Assembly: GCA_044353885.1 (NCBI GenBank)
Contig: JBILBC010000001.1
Span: 2,544-66,543, forward strand
Source of the DNA: Candidatus Planktophila sp.
GTDB lineage: Bacteria; Actinomycetota; Actinomycetes; Nanopelagicales; Nanopelagicaceae
Direction: 5' to 3'
DNA: 64,000 bases
Shown: piece by piece, positions 49,423 to 58,890 of the stretch
How positions within the stretch are numbered: the first letter of the stretch is position 1
Layout: each line of letters starts with the position of its first letter
Notes under the pieces: model-generated
The model's database searches: none
The model's input: the letters and a program-made list of their open reading frames with translations, nothing else
What the model was told of the DNA's origin: nothing
Program-made: the position numbers and the translations under genes

Positions 49423-50736
49423 CTAGGAGTTCCTAATTTTCGGATTCGTGAGCAAGTTAACTGAAACATAGAGTAGAGCGAGAGCTAAACATGTAGTGAC
49501 CACTGGGGCGATAGAGAGTCTAATTGTGAAAACAGTCGTTAAAGTCAACGCCAAAAGTATCTTCCCAATTTTCCTGTCTTGATATTGGTGCTTAGACAAA
49601 ATGATCACAATTGGAACCAGGGCTACCAGTCGATAGGCGAAACTATCTCCCACTAACCAGATAACAAAAAAGTTTAACGAATAGGCAGCAAGAATCTTAG
49701 AATCACTCCGATTGATATCTGCAAAAGATTCAAAATCAACAACCTTTAAGTTCCTGAAGACAACATATGACATAGTCAATAGAAAAAGTAGGAGAAATAA
49801 GAGTATTGATATCTTGGACTCAGATAAAATCCACAATTTAAACCCAAAAGAATTCCCAAATAAGGATCCAGCCTGCGTACTTTTAATCATTGCAAAAGCT
49901 TCCGAAGAGTTACTCAACCAATAAAATATTGGTGCACTTAATAGTAATTTCTCAAATTTTGATATCTGACTCCGGAATAGCACCAGTAAGACATAAATGA
50001 CAAATGTCGGCCACAATTTAAATGCACTCGCCATGAACAACAGGAGTATCCCCAGTAAGCGAAACTGAAAATTCTTACCTAGAAGCAATTGGAACCCCAA
50101 CACTAACAGCGAAATTGTCAATAGCTCATTTCCACGTTCTATCGCTAACAATATCGAAGGGGAAGAAACAAACAGGAGAATAGGTATACGGCTTGTTGAA
50201 TTTTGCTTCAAACTAACGGCTAGTATACAAATAAATAGGAGAAAGAAGAAGATCCCAACCAGGGGCAAGTTTGTTAAATTCAGAATGCGGAAGACATTAA
50301 CAACATCGGTATTCTGGTTAAGCAATCGTAGCCACGGATCACAGACAACTTTCCCGACTTCAATCGGCACTTGGCAATTAGCGGCAGCCGTAACTTGCGC
50401 TAGATCTCCGAGCGGGTATACCTTTCCATCGAGAGTCATAGACCCCGCGGTTAACTTGCTCCATAAATAATAGGGCTTTTCAATCTGATATAAATAGAGC
50501 AGGCTAATTGGAGCTAAGTACGAGATTATTGGAATAACAAACCAGATTTCTTCCCAGCGAATACTAGGTTTATTGAACCCAGATGAAATGGCATAAAAAG
50601 CAAATACAAAAACCATCAACAGCAGAAAGGATAGACAAATTCCCAAAACCGTCTCACTTGACTGGAAGTGAGGAAAAACGAGAGAGATAGCCCAGATAAT
50701 GGCCAATGCAATCCACCCAGTTCGAACCTGTGTCAT
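49423..50736 (-). CDS. Polytopic membrane protein, GT-C / GT87 (DUF2029)-like
   Basis: About 10 TM segments; SPSILLAIERGN and AFKLWP resemble the GN/GQ and KxxP motifs of GT87-like proteins. Weak family call. Confidence 0.5.
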   Translation of the reverse strand: MTQVRTGWIALAIIWAISLVFPHFQSSETVLGICLSFLLLMVFVFAFYAISSGFNKPSIRWEEIWFVIPIISYLAPISLLYLYQIEKPYYLWSKLTAGSMTLDGKVYPLGDLAQVTAAANCQVPIEVGKVVCDPWLRLLNQNTDVVNVFRILNLTNLPLVGIFFFLLFICILAVSLKQNSTSRIPILLFVSSPSILLAIERGNELLTISLLVLGFQLLLGKNFQFRLLGILLLFMASAFKLWPTFVIYVLLVLFRSQISKFEKLLLSAPIFYWLSNSSEAFAMIKSTQAGSLFGNSFGFKLWILSESKISILLFLLLFLLTMSYVVFRNLKVVDFESFADINRSDSKILAAYSLNFFVIWLVGDSFAYRLVALVPIVIILSKHQYQDRKIGKILLALTLTTVFTIRLSIAPVVTTCLALALLYVSVNLLTNPKIRNS

Positions 50737-50854
50737 CCCGTAATCCTATAGAAGCTAGAATTTCGGACACATTAATCGAAGACTTTTAGGTAGGAATTTT
50801 CTCTGGAGTAGGCGTAGATGCGCAAGTCAATTTTTTTAGTTGATACAATCAGGG

Positions 50855-51814
50855 GTGTCGCTCATTGGTTCTAACCTTTCTAATGAAATGCGCGTTCTAG
50901 TAACAGGTGCCTCAGGGTTTATCGGTCGTACCGTGACGACATTGCTGCAAACCAGGAGCATTAATGTAATTGGAGCAAGTAGCCGGTCAGATCCGAAAAG
51001 TGGCTTATTTTATATCGATTATCAGAATTTAAATGCCGTCCAATTGGCCCTATCGGAAATCGCACCGACCCACATAATTCATCTCGCAGGTACCAATTTG
51101 AAGAGGATACAAAAATCAGAATGGAAAATTTCAGCAGATTCTGACTTTCGAATGAACTCGAATCTATTCATTGCTGCAAGTAGGTCAAAGAACTTGCCAC
51201 ATGTAATTTACCTTGGAAGTTGTGAAGAATACGGCGTTTTAAAATCTCCTTTCGCAGAACACGATAGCTGCAGACCAGTAACTGCATATGGTGACAGCAA
51301 GCATAAGTCCACTAATCTGTTACTGGAAATTACAAATCAAGTAGGAATGTATTCAATTGTCTTACGACCCTCTGTGGTTTACGGAATAGGACAACAAAAT
51401 GGGATGTTAATTTCAAATCTTGTTGAAAATCTACTAACTCAAACTACGTTTAAGATTTTAAACCCCAAGCAAATCAGAGACTTCATTCACGTGGATGATG
51501 TGGCTCGCGCAATCCTGATGGCTTTAGAAAGTGATATTCCATATGAAGAGCCTATATTGAATATTGCTTCCGGAATGTCGATTTCAGTTGAAGAGGTAGT
51601 TCAAAAAGTGATTAACATATTGGGTGTAAACTTAAGCAAATATGTAATTTTTGAGCCTGAAGAAGACGGGCAGAATAACGCAGAGTATTACAGTGTAGAA
51701 AACAAGTTGGCATTCAAAAGTTTAGGTTGGAAGCCGGATGTCAACTTTGAAGTGGGTCTAGCGCAATACATCGAATGGAGCAGCAAGGAAATGACAAGGT
51801 TTTCTCAGTCATGA
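50855..51814 (+). CDS. NAD-dependent epimerase/reductase (extended SDR)
   Basis: VTGASGFIG, HLAG, GSCEEYG, YGDSK, RDFIHVDD. Start is GTG 50855 or ATG 50888. Confidence 0.88.
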   Translation: MSLIGSNLSNEMRVLVTGASGFIGRTVTTLLQTRSINVIGASSRSDPKSGLFYIDYQNLNAVQLALSEIAPTHIIHLAGTNLKRIQKSEWKISADSDFRMNSNLFIAASRSKNLPHVIYLGSCEEYGVLKSPFAEHDSCRPVTAYGDSKHKSTNLLLEITNQVGMYSIVLRPSVVYGIGQQNGMLISNLVENLLTQTTFKILNPKQIRDFIHVDDVARAILMALESDIPYEEPILNIASGMSISVEEVVQKVINILGVNLSKYVIFEPEEDGQNNAEYYSVENKLAFKSLGWKPDVNFEVGLAQYIEWSSKEMTRFSQS

Positions 51815-53055
51815 AAGTACATTTTCACACAGACTCTCCTTTCGTTGGCGGTTCTGAGAATATGCTGCTATTACTTCTAAATTCAGTCAAAGTTAGAAAC
51901 TATTGCCAACCGAGCCTTAGTTATCGTTATTCGCGTCGATATGAGGAAGGATTGCAAAGTAAGCTTGAGACTCCAGTAGATATTTTCAGAATTCGGGCAA
52001 TCGATCCAATGCGTTTCGTCTATTACTCGAGCCTCAATGATGTTTTTGCGTATAGGTTGATTCTTAGCGTAATTCGTAAGTTGATATTTTATCCAACTTT
52101 TATTTTTCAATGCATCAAATTGTTCTTCTTGTTTTTGAGAATCAAACCAGATATTCTGCACATCAACAGTGGAGGTTATCCCGCCGCCCTATCTACACGT
52201 GCAGCTGCTCTAGCGGGTAGAATCGCAGGGGTAAAAAATATAATTTATGTTGCGAATAACTTGGCGGTTCCATATGATTCAATTCAGCGATATATGGAAT
52301 ATCCCATAGATTTTCTAGTTCAAAAATCTGTGAAACTATTTGTTACGGGTTCTTCTATTGCGCTCCAAGAACTGAAGAGGGTTCTAAATAGATCTAAATC
52401 AATTTTTAAAGTTATCAACAATGGAATTAGTGTTAGTGAGCGTTTTCAGCATCCGGTAAGTCATCCCAGCGAATTCAAAAACGACTCGAGAGTGATAGTG
52501 GCTGTTATTGCAATTCTAGAACCCCGTAAAGGGCACCAGGTACTTTTAGAAAGTATTTATCTTTTATCCTCGTCCAATAAGATTGATGGTGAAAATTTCC
52601 TACTTGTGATAGAGGGAGAGGGTGACCTATCTGAAGAAATTGAGCAGAATATTGCAAGAATGAAGATTTCTCATCTGGTTAAAATGGTAGGAAAAGTTGA
52701 AAATATCTACGATTTTATTGTAAAGTCTGACATAGTGATATTGCCTTCGCTATATCAGGAAGATTTCCCAAACGTGATACTTGAAGCCATGGCATTGTCA
52801 AAACCAGTAATTGCCACAAGGGTAGGTGGAATACCCGAACAAGTGGTGGACGGGATCACAGGATATTTGGTGGCTCCTAACAATCCCTTAGGTCTCGCCG
52901 AAAGTATTCTTTCCCTGCTGAATAACCATGAACTACGAGTACAAATGGGTGTCAATGGCTATAGGAGATTTATTGATAATTTCACCGCAGAGCGAGCCAT
53001 TGAACGGTATCTTGAAGAGTACGATTGGCTTCTAAAGAGTCAGGATGCTATCTAG
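51811..53055 (+). CDS. GT4 glycosyltransferase
   Basis: GGSE, RKGHQVL, EDFPNVILEAM, ATRVGGIPE; ATG overlaps the upstream TGA. Confidence 0.9.
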   Translation: MKVHFHTDSPFVGGSENMLLLLLNSVKVRNYCQPSLSYRYSRRYEEGLQSKLETPVDIFRIRAIDPMRFVYYSSLNDVFAYRLILSVIRKLIFYPTFIFQCIKLFFLFLRIKPDILHINSGGYPAALSTRAAALAGRIAGVKNIIYVANNLAVPYDSIQRYMEYPIDFLVQKSVKLFVTGSSIALQELKRVLNRSKSIFKVINNGISVSERFQHPVSHPSEFKNDSRVIVAVIAILEPRKGHQVLLESIYLLSSSNKIDGENFLLVIEGEGDLSEEIEQNIARMKISHLVKMVGKVENIYDFIVKSDIVILPSLYQEDFPNVILEAMALSKPVIATRVGGIPEQVVDGITGYLVAPNNPLGLAESILSLLNNHELRVQMGVNGYRRFIDNFTAERAIERYLEEYDWLLKSQDAI

Positions 53056-54125
53056 TGAATTCAAGTTTCTCCCAGTTTGCAGGCCAAAAAGTTTTTATCA
53101 CTGGCCACACTGGTTTTAAAGGCACATGGCTTACTTTTATTCTGAAGGAGCTCGGAGCAGAAATCTGCGGTTATTCACTAAAGCCCGATCTAAGCAATAA
53201 GCACTTTAATGATCTTGGGCTGAAAGAGGAAATTCTGCACATCGAGGCAGATATTCGCGAGCAGAGACAGCTTGTCTCAGAGATGAAAGCTTTTCAGCCA
53301 ACTTATGTTTTTCATTTGGCAGCGCAAGCATTAGTAAGAAAATCTTATGTAGATCCAACTCTTACTTTTGAAACGAATGTATTGGGATCATTGAATTTAC
53401 TAGAAGCTGTCAGAGAAACGCAAAGTGTTAAATCTCTTGTTTATGTCACCTCCGATAAATGCTATGAGAACAAGGAGTGGGTTTATGGGTATAGAGAATC
53501 AGATGAATTAGGCGGATTAGATCCATATAGCGCCTCAAAATCTTCAGCCGAGATTCTATTCTCTAGTTTCACGCGATCTTTCTTGGAGACTCGAGAAAAT
53601 CTTGGCTTTGCTTCAGTCCGTGCGGGAAATGTGATCGGGGGCGGAGATTGGTCCGAAGATAGAATTATTCCAGACTGCGTTCGGGCAATTTCAGATAGCC
53701 AGCCCATCACACTCAGGAGTCCAAACTCAACACGACCTTGGCAGCATGTGCTTGAGCCGCTGTCAGGATATTTACTCCTTGCGCAGAAGTTGTATCAAGA
53801 ACCTCTTAAATGGAGAGGGTCTTGGAACTTTGGCCCTAATGCTTCGGATGTTTTAACGGTAAAGGAGGTTGCATTGTCAATGATTTCAGAGTTTGGAGGA
53901 GGAAGTATTGAAATCCAGAATCCTGGCACCGGCGAGCATGAGGCGGGATTTCTGAAACTTAACTGCGACAAAGCGCACGAAATTCTTAAGTGGTGGCCAA
54001 CCTGGAATTCAAGGAAAACTCTCTCAGAAACTGCCAATTGGTACAAAAGAGTAATGGCAGGAGAGGACGCACTCACTGTAACAAGAGATCAAGCTACGGA
54101 ATTCTTTGGAGGCTCAAGTGATTGA
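53055..54125 (+). CDS. rfbG: CDP-glucose 4,6-dehydratase
   Basis: ITGHTGFKGTWL, HLAAQALVRKSY, TSDKCYEN, DPYSASK, RAGNVIGGGDW, RPWQHVLEPL. Confidence 0.95.
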   Translation: MNSSFSQFAGQKVFITGHTGFKGTWLTFILKELGAEICGYSLKPDLSNKHFNDLGLKEEILHIEADIREQRQLVSEMKAFQPTYVFHLAAQALVRKSYVDPTLTFETNVLGSLNLLEAVRETQSVKSLVYVTSDKCYENKEWVYGYRESDELGGLDPYSASKSSAEILFSSFTRSFLETRENLGFASVRAGNVIGGGDWSEDRIIPDCVRAISDSQPITLRSPNSTRPWQHVLEPLSGYLLLAQKLYQEPLKWRGSWNFGPNASDVLTVKEVALSMISEFGGGSIEIQNPGTGEHEAGFLKLNCDKAHEILKWWPTWNSRKTLSETANWYKRVMAGEDALTVTRDQATEFFGGSSD

Positions 54126-54567
54126 TGGAGTAGTACTTACCCCTCTCAAGCAAATTTTCGACGAGAGGGGGAAGGTTATGCACATGCTTGATGTAAATTC
54201 TTCAACTTTTTCCAGTTTTGGAGAAATCTATTTCTCATGCACCTATCCGGGCGTTGTCAAAGCCTGGCATTTACACAAAGAAATGACACTCAACTATGCG
54301 GTTATTCAAGGAGAAATAAAGATTGTACTTTTTGATGATCGACCTACAAGCCCAACGCGAGGACAAGTAGAGGAGATATTTGTTTCACCAGAGAATTACA
54401 TGCTTGTCACAGTGCCTCCAAAAGTTTGGAATGGTTTTAAATGCGTAGGCTTAGAAACGGCGATTGTTGCGAACTGCGCAACAATCCCGCATGACCCTTC
54501 AGAGATTTCTCGGCTGGAGCCGACGGATTCCTCAATCCCGTATTCGTGGGATCTTAAGCATCGTTGA
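54106..54567 (+). CDS. RmlC-like cupin sugar-nucleotide epimerase
   Basis: DERG, VKAWHLH, VPPKVWNGF, HDP. Confidence 0.85.
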   Translation: MEAQVIDGVVLTPLKQIFDERGKVMHMLDVNSSTFSSFGEIYFSCTYPGVVKAWHLHKEMTLNYAVIQGEIKIVLFDDRPTSPTRGQVEEIFVSPENYMLVTVPPKVWNGFKCVGLETAIVANCATIPHDPSEISRLEPTDSSIPYSWDLKHR

Positions 54568-54588
54568 AATTAAGGGAAAGAGGCTAAC

Positions 54589-55356
54589 TTGAAAGTAGTT
54601 ATATTGGCAGGCGGGTATGGAACCAGGCTGGGTGAATACACAACGCTCATTCCCAAGCCCATGGTAAAAATTGGACATAAACCAATTATTTGGCACATAA
54701 TGGAGCATTACGCAGAGTATGGCCATAAAGAATTCTTCCTAGCCTTAGGTTACAAAGCCGAATACGTAAAAGAATACTTTCTAAACTATAGATCGTTAAA
54801 TTCTGATTTTTCAATAGATCTGCTTTCGGGGGATATCGCTACAACCAAAGAGCCAGCGGTTGACTGGAGAGTCAATCTAGTAGATACAGGGATTGACACC
54901 TTAACTGGAGGAAGAATAAAACGCTTAAGGGAGTATGTTGGAGAAGAAACATTTATGGTCACTTATGGAGACGGCTTGTCCGACATAAACCTTGACAGGT
55001 TGCTGGAATTTCATAGAAATCACGGAAAACTTGTAACAATTACCGCCGTACATCCCACAGCTCGATTTGGGGAACTCAATTTAGATGGAGACAGGGTGCT
55101 TACATTTCAGGAGAAACCGCAACTTCATGATGGCTGGATAAACGGCGGCTTCATGATTATTGAGCCTGAATTTTTGGATTTCATTGAAGGTGATTTAACT
55201 ATGCTAGAAAAGGAACCATTAGAGAGGGCTGCCTCTGTGGGAGAACTAATGGCATACCACCACCCTGGCTTCTGGCACTGTATGGATACCAAGCGCGATC
55301 ACGAGCTACTTGAAAGCATGTGGGAGAGCGGAGCCCCTTGGGCTGCTAGAACTTAA
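54589..55356 (+). CDS. rfbF: Glucose-1-phosphate cytidylyltransferase
   Basis: ILAGGYGTRL, PKPMVKIG, TYGDG, FQEKP, WINGGF, FWHCMDT. Confidence 0.95.
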   Translation: MKVVILAGGYGTRLGEYTTLIPKPMVKIGHKPIIWHIMEHYAEYGHKEFFLALGYKAEYVKEYFLNYRSLNSDFSIDLLSGDIATTKEPAVDWRVNLVDTGIDTLTGGRIKRLREYVGEETFMVTYGDGLSDINLDRLLEFHRNHGKLVTITAVHPTARFGELNLDGDRVLTFQEKPQLHDGWINGGFMIIEPEFLDFIEGDLTMLEKEPLERAASVGELMAYHHPGFWHCMDTKRDHELLESMWESGAPWAART

Positions 55357-56306
55357 TGAAAGTCCTTGTAACTGGCGCGGGCGGGTTTCTGGGCTCTCGA
55401 ATCATCAAAGCCCTAAGTTGCTTAAAGCATGAAGTTACTGGAGTAACAACAAAGGTTGAGTTAGGTAAAAAGTTCCAAGGGGACTTCGAACTTAAAATAA
55501 TTGATTGGGACAGTGCACAATCTCTACGTGACAGCTGCGTAGGTCAAGACGTTGTAATCCATGCAGCAGGTATGAATTTTATAGAATGTGTGGCAGATCC
55601 AAATCAGGCAAATAAATTCAATGGGGAAGCAACCCAAAATCTTATTGAGGCAGCAGTAGAAAGTAGGGTAGAGAGTTTTATTTACCTATCAACTGTTCAC
55701 GTATACGCCGACCCACTTACGGGAAAATTTCTTGAGAACTCCGCCACGACTGCTACACATGCATATGCAACATCGCACTTGCTTGGGGAGAAAGCAGTAT
55801 TGGAGAAAATAGGAAATAATGAAATAGCTGGAAAGATTCTACGTGTCGGAAACGCCTTCGGCACGCCAGTTATCCATAGTCAAGATTCCCCATGGAGCAA
55901 CCTTATTAACCAATGTTGTAAGACTTTAGTGGATACCAACATGATAGAGATTAAGAACAATCCCAATGTTCAAAGAGACTTTATTCCAGTTGGATACTTT
56001 CTGACTGAGCTCGATCATATACTAAATAAGAAAATGGATTCACCCTCAAAGATCATAAATCTCGTTTCTAGAAGTAGCCTTTCAATTTTCCAAGTAATAG
56101 AAATAATCATAAAAATATTTCGAAATTACTCCAAATTCGAAGATGAACCAACTTTGTTATTCAATCAATCAATTAGAAGTGCCAAGCATCTAGAAATAGA
56201 GAATTCTGATTCGACAATATTGAGTCCATTTCTGATTATCTACCTTGAAGACGAGATAAATTCCATTTTTAAATACTTGTCACGGAAGAAAATAAATGTC
56301 AGGTGA
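55356..56306 (+). CDS. NAD-dependent epimerase/reductase (extended SDR)
   Basis: VTGAGGFLG, HAAG, LSTVHVY, YATSH (YxxxK Lys replaced by His), QRDFI. Confidence 0.8.
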   Translation: MKVLVTGAGGFLGSRIIKALSCLKHEVTGVTTKVELGKKFQGDFELKIIDWDSAQSLRDSCVGQDVVIHAAGMNFIECVADPNQANKFNGEATQNLIEAAVESRVESFIYLSTVHVYADPLTGKFLENSATTATHAYATSHLLGEKAVLEKIGNNEIAGKILRVGNAFGTPVIHSQDSPWSNLINQCCKTLVDTNMIEIKNNPNVQRDFIPVGYFLTELDHILNKKMDSPSKIINLVSRSSLSIFQVIEIIIKIFRNYSKFEDEPTLLFNQSIRSAKHLEIENSDSTILSPFLIIYLEDEINSIFKYLSRKKINVR

Positions 56307-57183
56307 ATCAACCAAATTTTCGATAATTATGCCAACTTACAACCAGGCTGATTATATATTGCAATCAATCGCCACAGTGTTGAGTCAAGATTTTACGGAG
56401 TGGGAACTTATAGTAATTGATAACTCTTCAGACGATGGGACTGAATCCTTGCTTGCAGGGATTAATGATTCCAGAGTGAGAGTGATTAACTGTAACAATG
56501 GGGGAATTATTGCGCGATCCCGGAACTTAGGAATTGAAAGCGCATCAAACCCATGGATTGCATTTTTAGATTCAGATGACTTGTGGGATTCGAGAAAATT
56601 AAGTCACATGGCAAGAATAATCCAGAGGTTTAATCCAGATTTGATTTATCATCAGATGCGTTATGTCTCAGATGATATCTCAGGAAAGAAAGTTAAAACT
56701 CGTAAACTTAAGAGCAACGCTTTTGAAGATCTTTTAATTGCGGGAAACCCGATTGCAAACTCTTCAGTTGTGGTCCGTAAAAGTATTTTAAATCAAGTTG
56801 GATTAATGAGCGAGGAGAGAGAATTGGTAGGATGCGAAGACTATAACTCTTGGCTGAAGATTGCCAAATTGAAAGCAACTTTCTATTTCGCTAAACAAAC
56901 TCTAGGTGGATACAGGATTCATGAAAACAATTTTTCTACTTCTGCGCAGAAGGTTATTCATCTAGGTGCTACAAAAGAGTTCATTTTGGATCTCCCGATC
57001 AGAGTAAAGACTAAAATGAATAGCCACAACGCTTACTTACTAGCGAGACATTTTGCAAGTAACAGCAACTACGCGAAGGCAAAAGAAAACTATCTTCTCA
57101 CCATTAAGGGCGGAAGCATTTTGCTTAGGTTTAAAGCGACCCTACTATTAGTAATTTGCTTTTTTAGAAGCCATAGTGACTAG
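56296..57183 (+). CDS. GT2 glycosyltransferase
   Basis: [28 protein letters not shown]. Confidence 0.92.
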   Translation: MSGESTKFSIIMPTYNQADYILQSIATVLSQDFTEWELIVIDNSSDDGTESLLAGINDSRVRVINCNNGGIIARSRNLGIESASNPWIAFLDSDDLWDSRKLSHMARIIQRFNPDLIYHQMRYVSDDISGKKVKTRKLKSNAFEDLLIAGNPIANSSVVVRKSILNQVGLMSEERELVGCEDYNSWLKIAKLKATFYFAKQTLGGYRIHENNFSTSAQKVIHLGATKEFILDLPIRVKTKMNSHNAYLLARHFASNSNYAKAKENYLLTIKGGSILLRFKATLLLVICFFRSHSD

Positions 57184-57884
57184 TGGTGAGTCTTAAACAA
57201 ATTGTACTTCAAGATGCAGTACAAAGCGCGGAATCCATCTTTCCACCCAATTTTTTTGCCCTCATCGTAAGTTCTTCCGTAATATGAAATCCCAACTTCA
57301 TAGACTCGTATATTCATGCGAGCAATTTTGGCTGTAACTTCAGGTTCAAAACCAAATCTATCTTCATGTATGTTGATTCTGCTTACGACGTCTCTACGAA
57401 AGACTTTATAGCAAGTCTCCATATCTGTAAGATCTAGATTTGTAAACACATTCGACAGGGTAGTCAAGACAGAGTTGCCTAGACGATGCCAGTAGTACAG
57501 GACTCTTCGTGGCCCCGTACTCAGAAAGCGAGAACCATAAACAACATCAGCCTTACCCTCCAAGATTGGCTGAATTAGCCTTGGATACTCTTGAGGGTCA
57601 TATTCTAAATCTGCATCTTGAATTAGAACAATGTCGCCAGTGGCAAGTGCTAAACCATCGCGAAGTGCGGCACCCTTTCCGAGGTTGCGTTCCTGCAAGT
57701 GCAATATAGATATTTGTTCACTCAGCTCACCTTGAAGTAATTCTCTTGTGCCATCAGTTGACCCATCGTCAACAACTATAACTTCCAACGACATTTCAAT
57801 TTTGGAAGCATGAACTCGAGCAAGTAGCTCCGAAATCGTATTGACTTCGTTAAAACAAGGAATTACAACGGACAATTTTTTCAT
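57180..57884 (-). CDS. GT2, polyprenol-phosphate glycosyltransferase (Dpm1/ArnC-like)
   Basis: [61 protein letters not shown]. Confidence 0.88.
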   Translation of the reverse strand: MKKLSVVIPCFNEVNTISELLARVHASKIEMSLEVIVVDDGSTDGTRELLQGELSEQISILHLQERNLGKGAALRDGLALATGDIVLIQDADLEYDPQEYPRLIQPILEGKADVVYGSRFLSTGPRRVLYYWHRLGNSVLTTLSNVFTNLDLTDMETCYKVFRRDVVSRINIHEDRFGFEPEVTAKIARMNIRVYEVGISYYGRTYDEGKKIGWKDGFRALYCILKYNLFKTHH

Positions 57885-58813
57885 TGTGCAATCCTCATTT
57901 CAGAAATCGTGCGTACGAGGCCCTCTTCGATTCCAACTTTAGGCTCCCATTTTAACCAAGACTTTGCGAGCTGAATATCTGGCTTCCGACGGGAAGGGTC
58001 ATCTTCGGGGAGCGGCAAAAATTTGAGTTCAGACTTCGAATTTGTGAGAGTAATTATGAGATTGGCCAAATCAATCATGGATATCTCTGTGGGATTCCCT
58101 AGGTTTACAGGACCAAGTTCGCTCTTTTCTTTCAAAATGATTTGCATAAACCCAGAAATCAAGTCAGAAACATAGCAAAAACTTCGAGTCTGAGTACCTT
58201 CGCCGTAAAGTGTTAAAGCATCTCCGCGAAGTGCTTGAGAAATAAAGTTGCTGACTACGCGTCCATCATCCTTAGACATTCGGGATCCATACGTATTAAA
58301 TATTCTTACAATCGTAGTATTAACCTTGTATTGCTTCCGGAAATCTGAACAAAGTGTTTCAGCGGCACGTTTGCCTTCGTCGTAACAGCTTCGAGGACCA
58401 ATTGGATTAACGTTTCCCCAGTAGTCTTCTTTTTGCGGATGAGTAAGCGGCTCACCATAAATTTCACTTGTAGAAGCTTGAATAAATCGCGCATTGTTTG
58501 CCCTTGCAAGTTCCAAGGCATTAAAAGTTCCCAAGAAATTGGTTAGCAAAGTACCAACAGGATTTAGTTGATATCTAGGAGGAGAAGCCGGGCTCGCCAT
58601 ATTTACGATCACCTCACACTTTATGGAAAATCTCTCTTTCACGTCATGTTCAATAAAAGTAAAATTAGGTTGAGATGTCATTTTCTTTAAATTTTCCGTG
58701 CGACCGGTCGAGAGGTTGTCTACACAGATAACCGAGAAATTCGCATCCAAAAGGGACTCACATAAATGAGAACCCAAAAATCCGGCTCCTCCAAGCACTA
58801 AAACCGTTGTCAT
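57881..58813 (-). CDS. uxs: UDP-glucuronate decarboxylase (UDP-xylose synthase family)
   Basis: [68 protein letters not shown]. Confidence 0.9.
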   Translation of the reverse strand: MTTVLVLGGAGFLGSHLCESLLDANFSVICVDNLSTGRTENLKKMTSQPNFTFIEHDVKERFSIKCEVIVNMASPASPPRYQLNPVGTLLTNFLGTFNALELARANNARFIQASTSEIYGEPLTHPQKEDYWGNVNPIGPRSCYDEGKRAAETLCSDFRKQYKVNTTIVRIFNTYGSRMSKDDGRVVSNFISQALRGDALTLYGEGTQTRSFCYVSDLISGFMQIILKEKSELGPVNLGNPTEISMIDLANLIITLTNSKSELKFLPLPEDDPSRRKPDIQLAKSWLKWEPKVGIEEGLVRTISEMRIAQ

Positions 58814-58890
58814 GTCTTAATCCTATATCGCAACTTGGACAAAGCGTTGAATATGGTTGCGGATCCATTCTTCTCATGTATCTTTCAATC

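Noticed and set aside
53055-55356. Calling the rfbFG block a 3,6-dideoxyhexose (abequose/paratose/tyvelose) pathway
   Set aside because: No RfbH/DdhC or RfbI/DdhD in the window.
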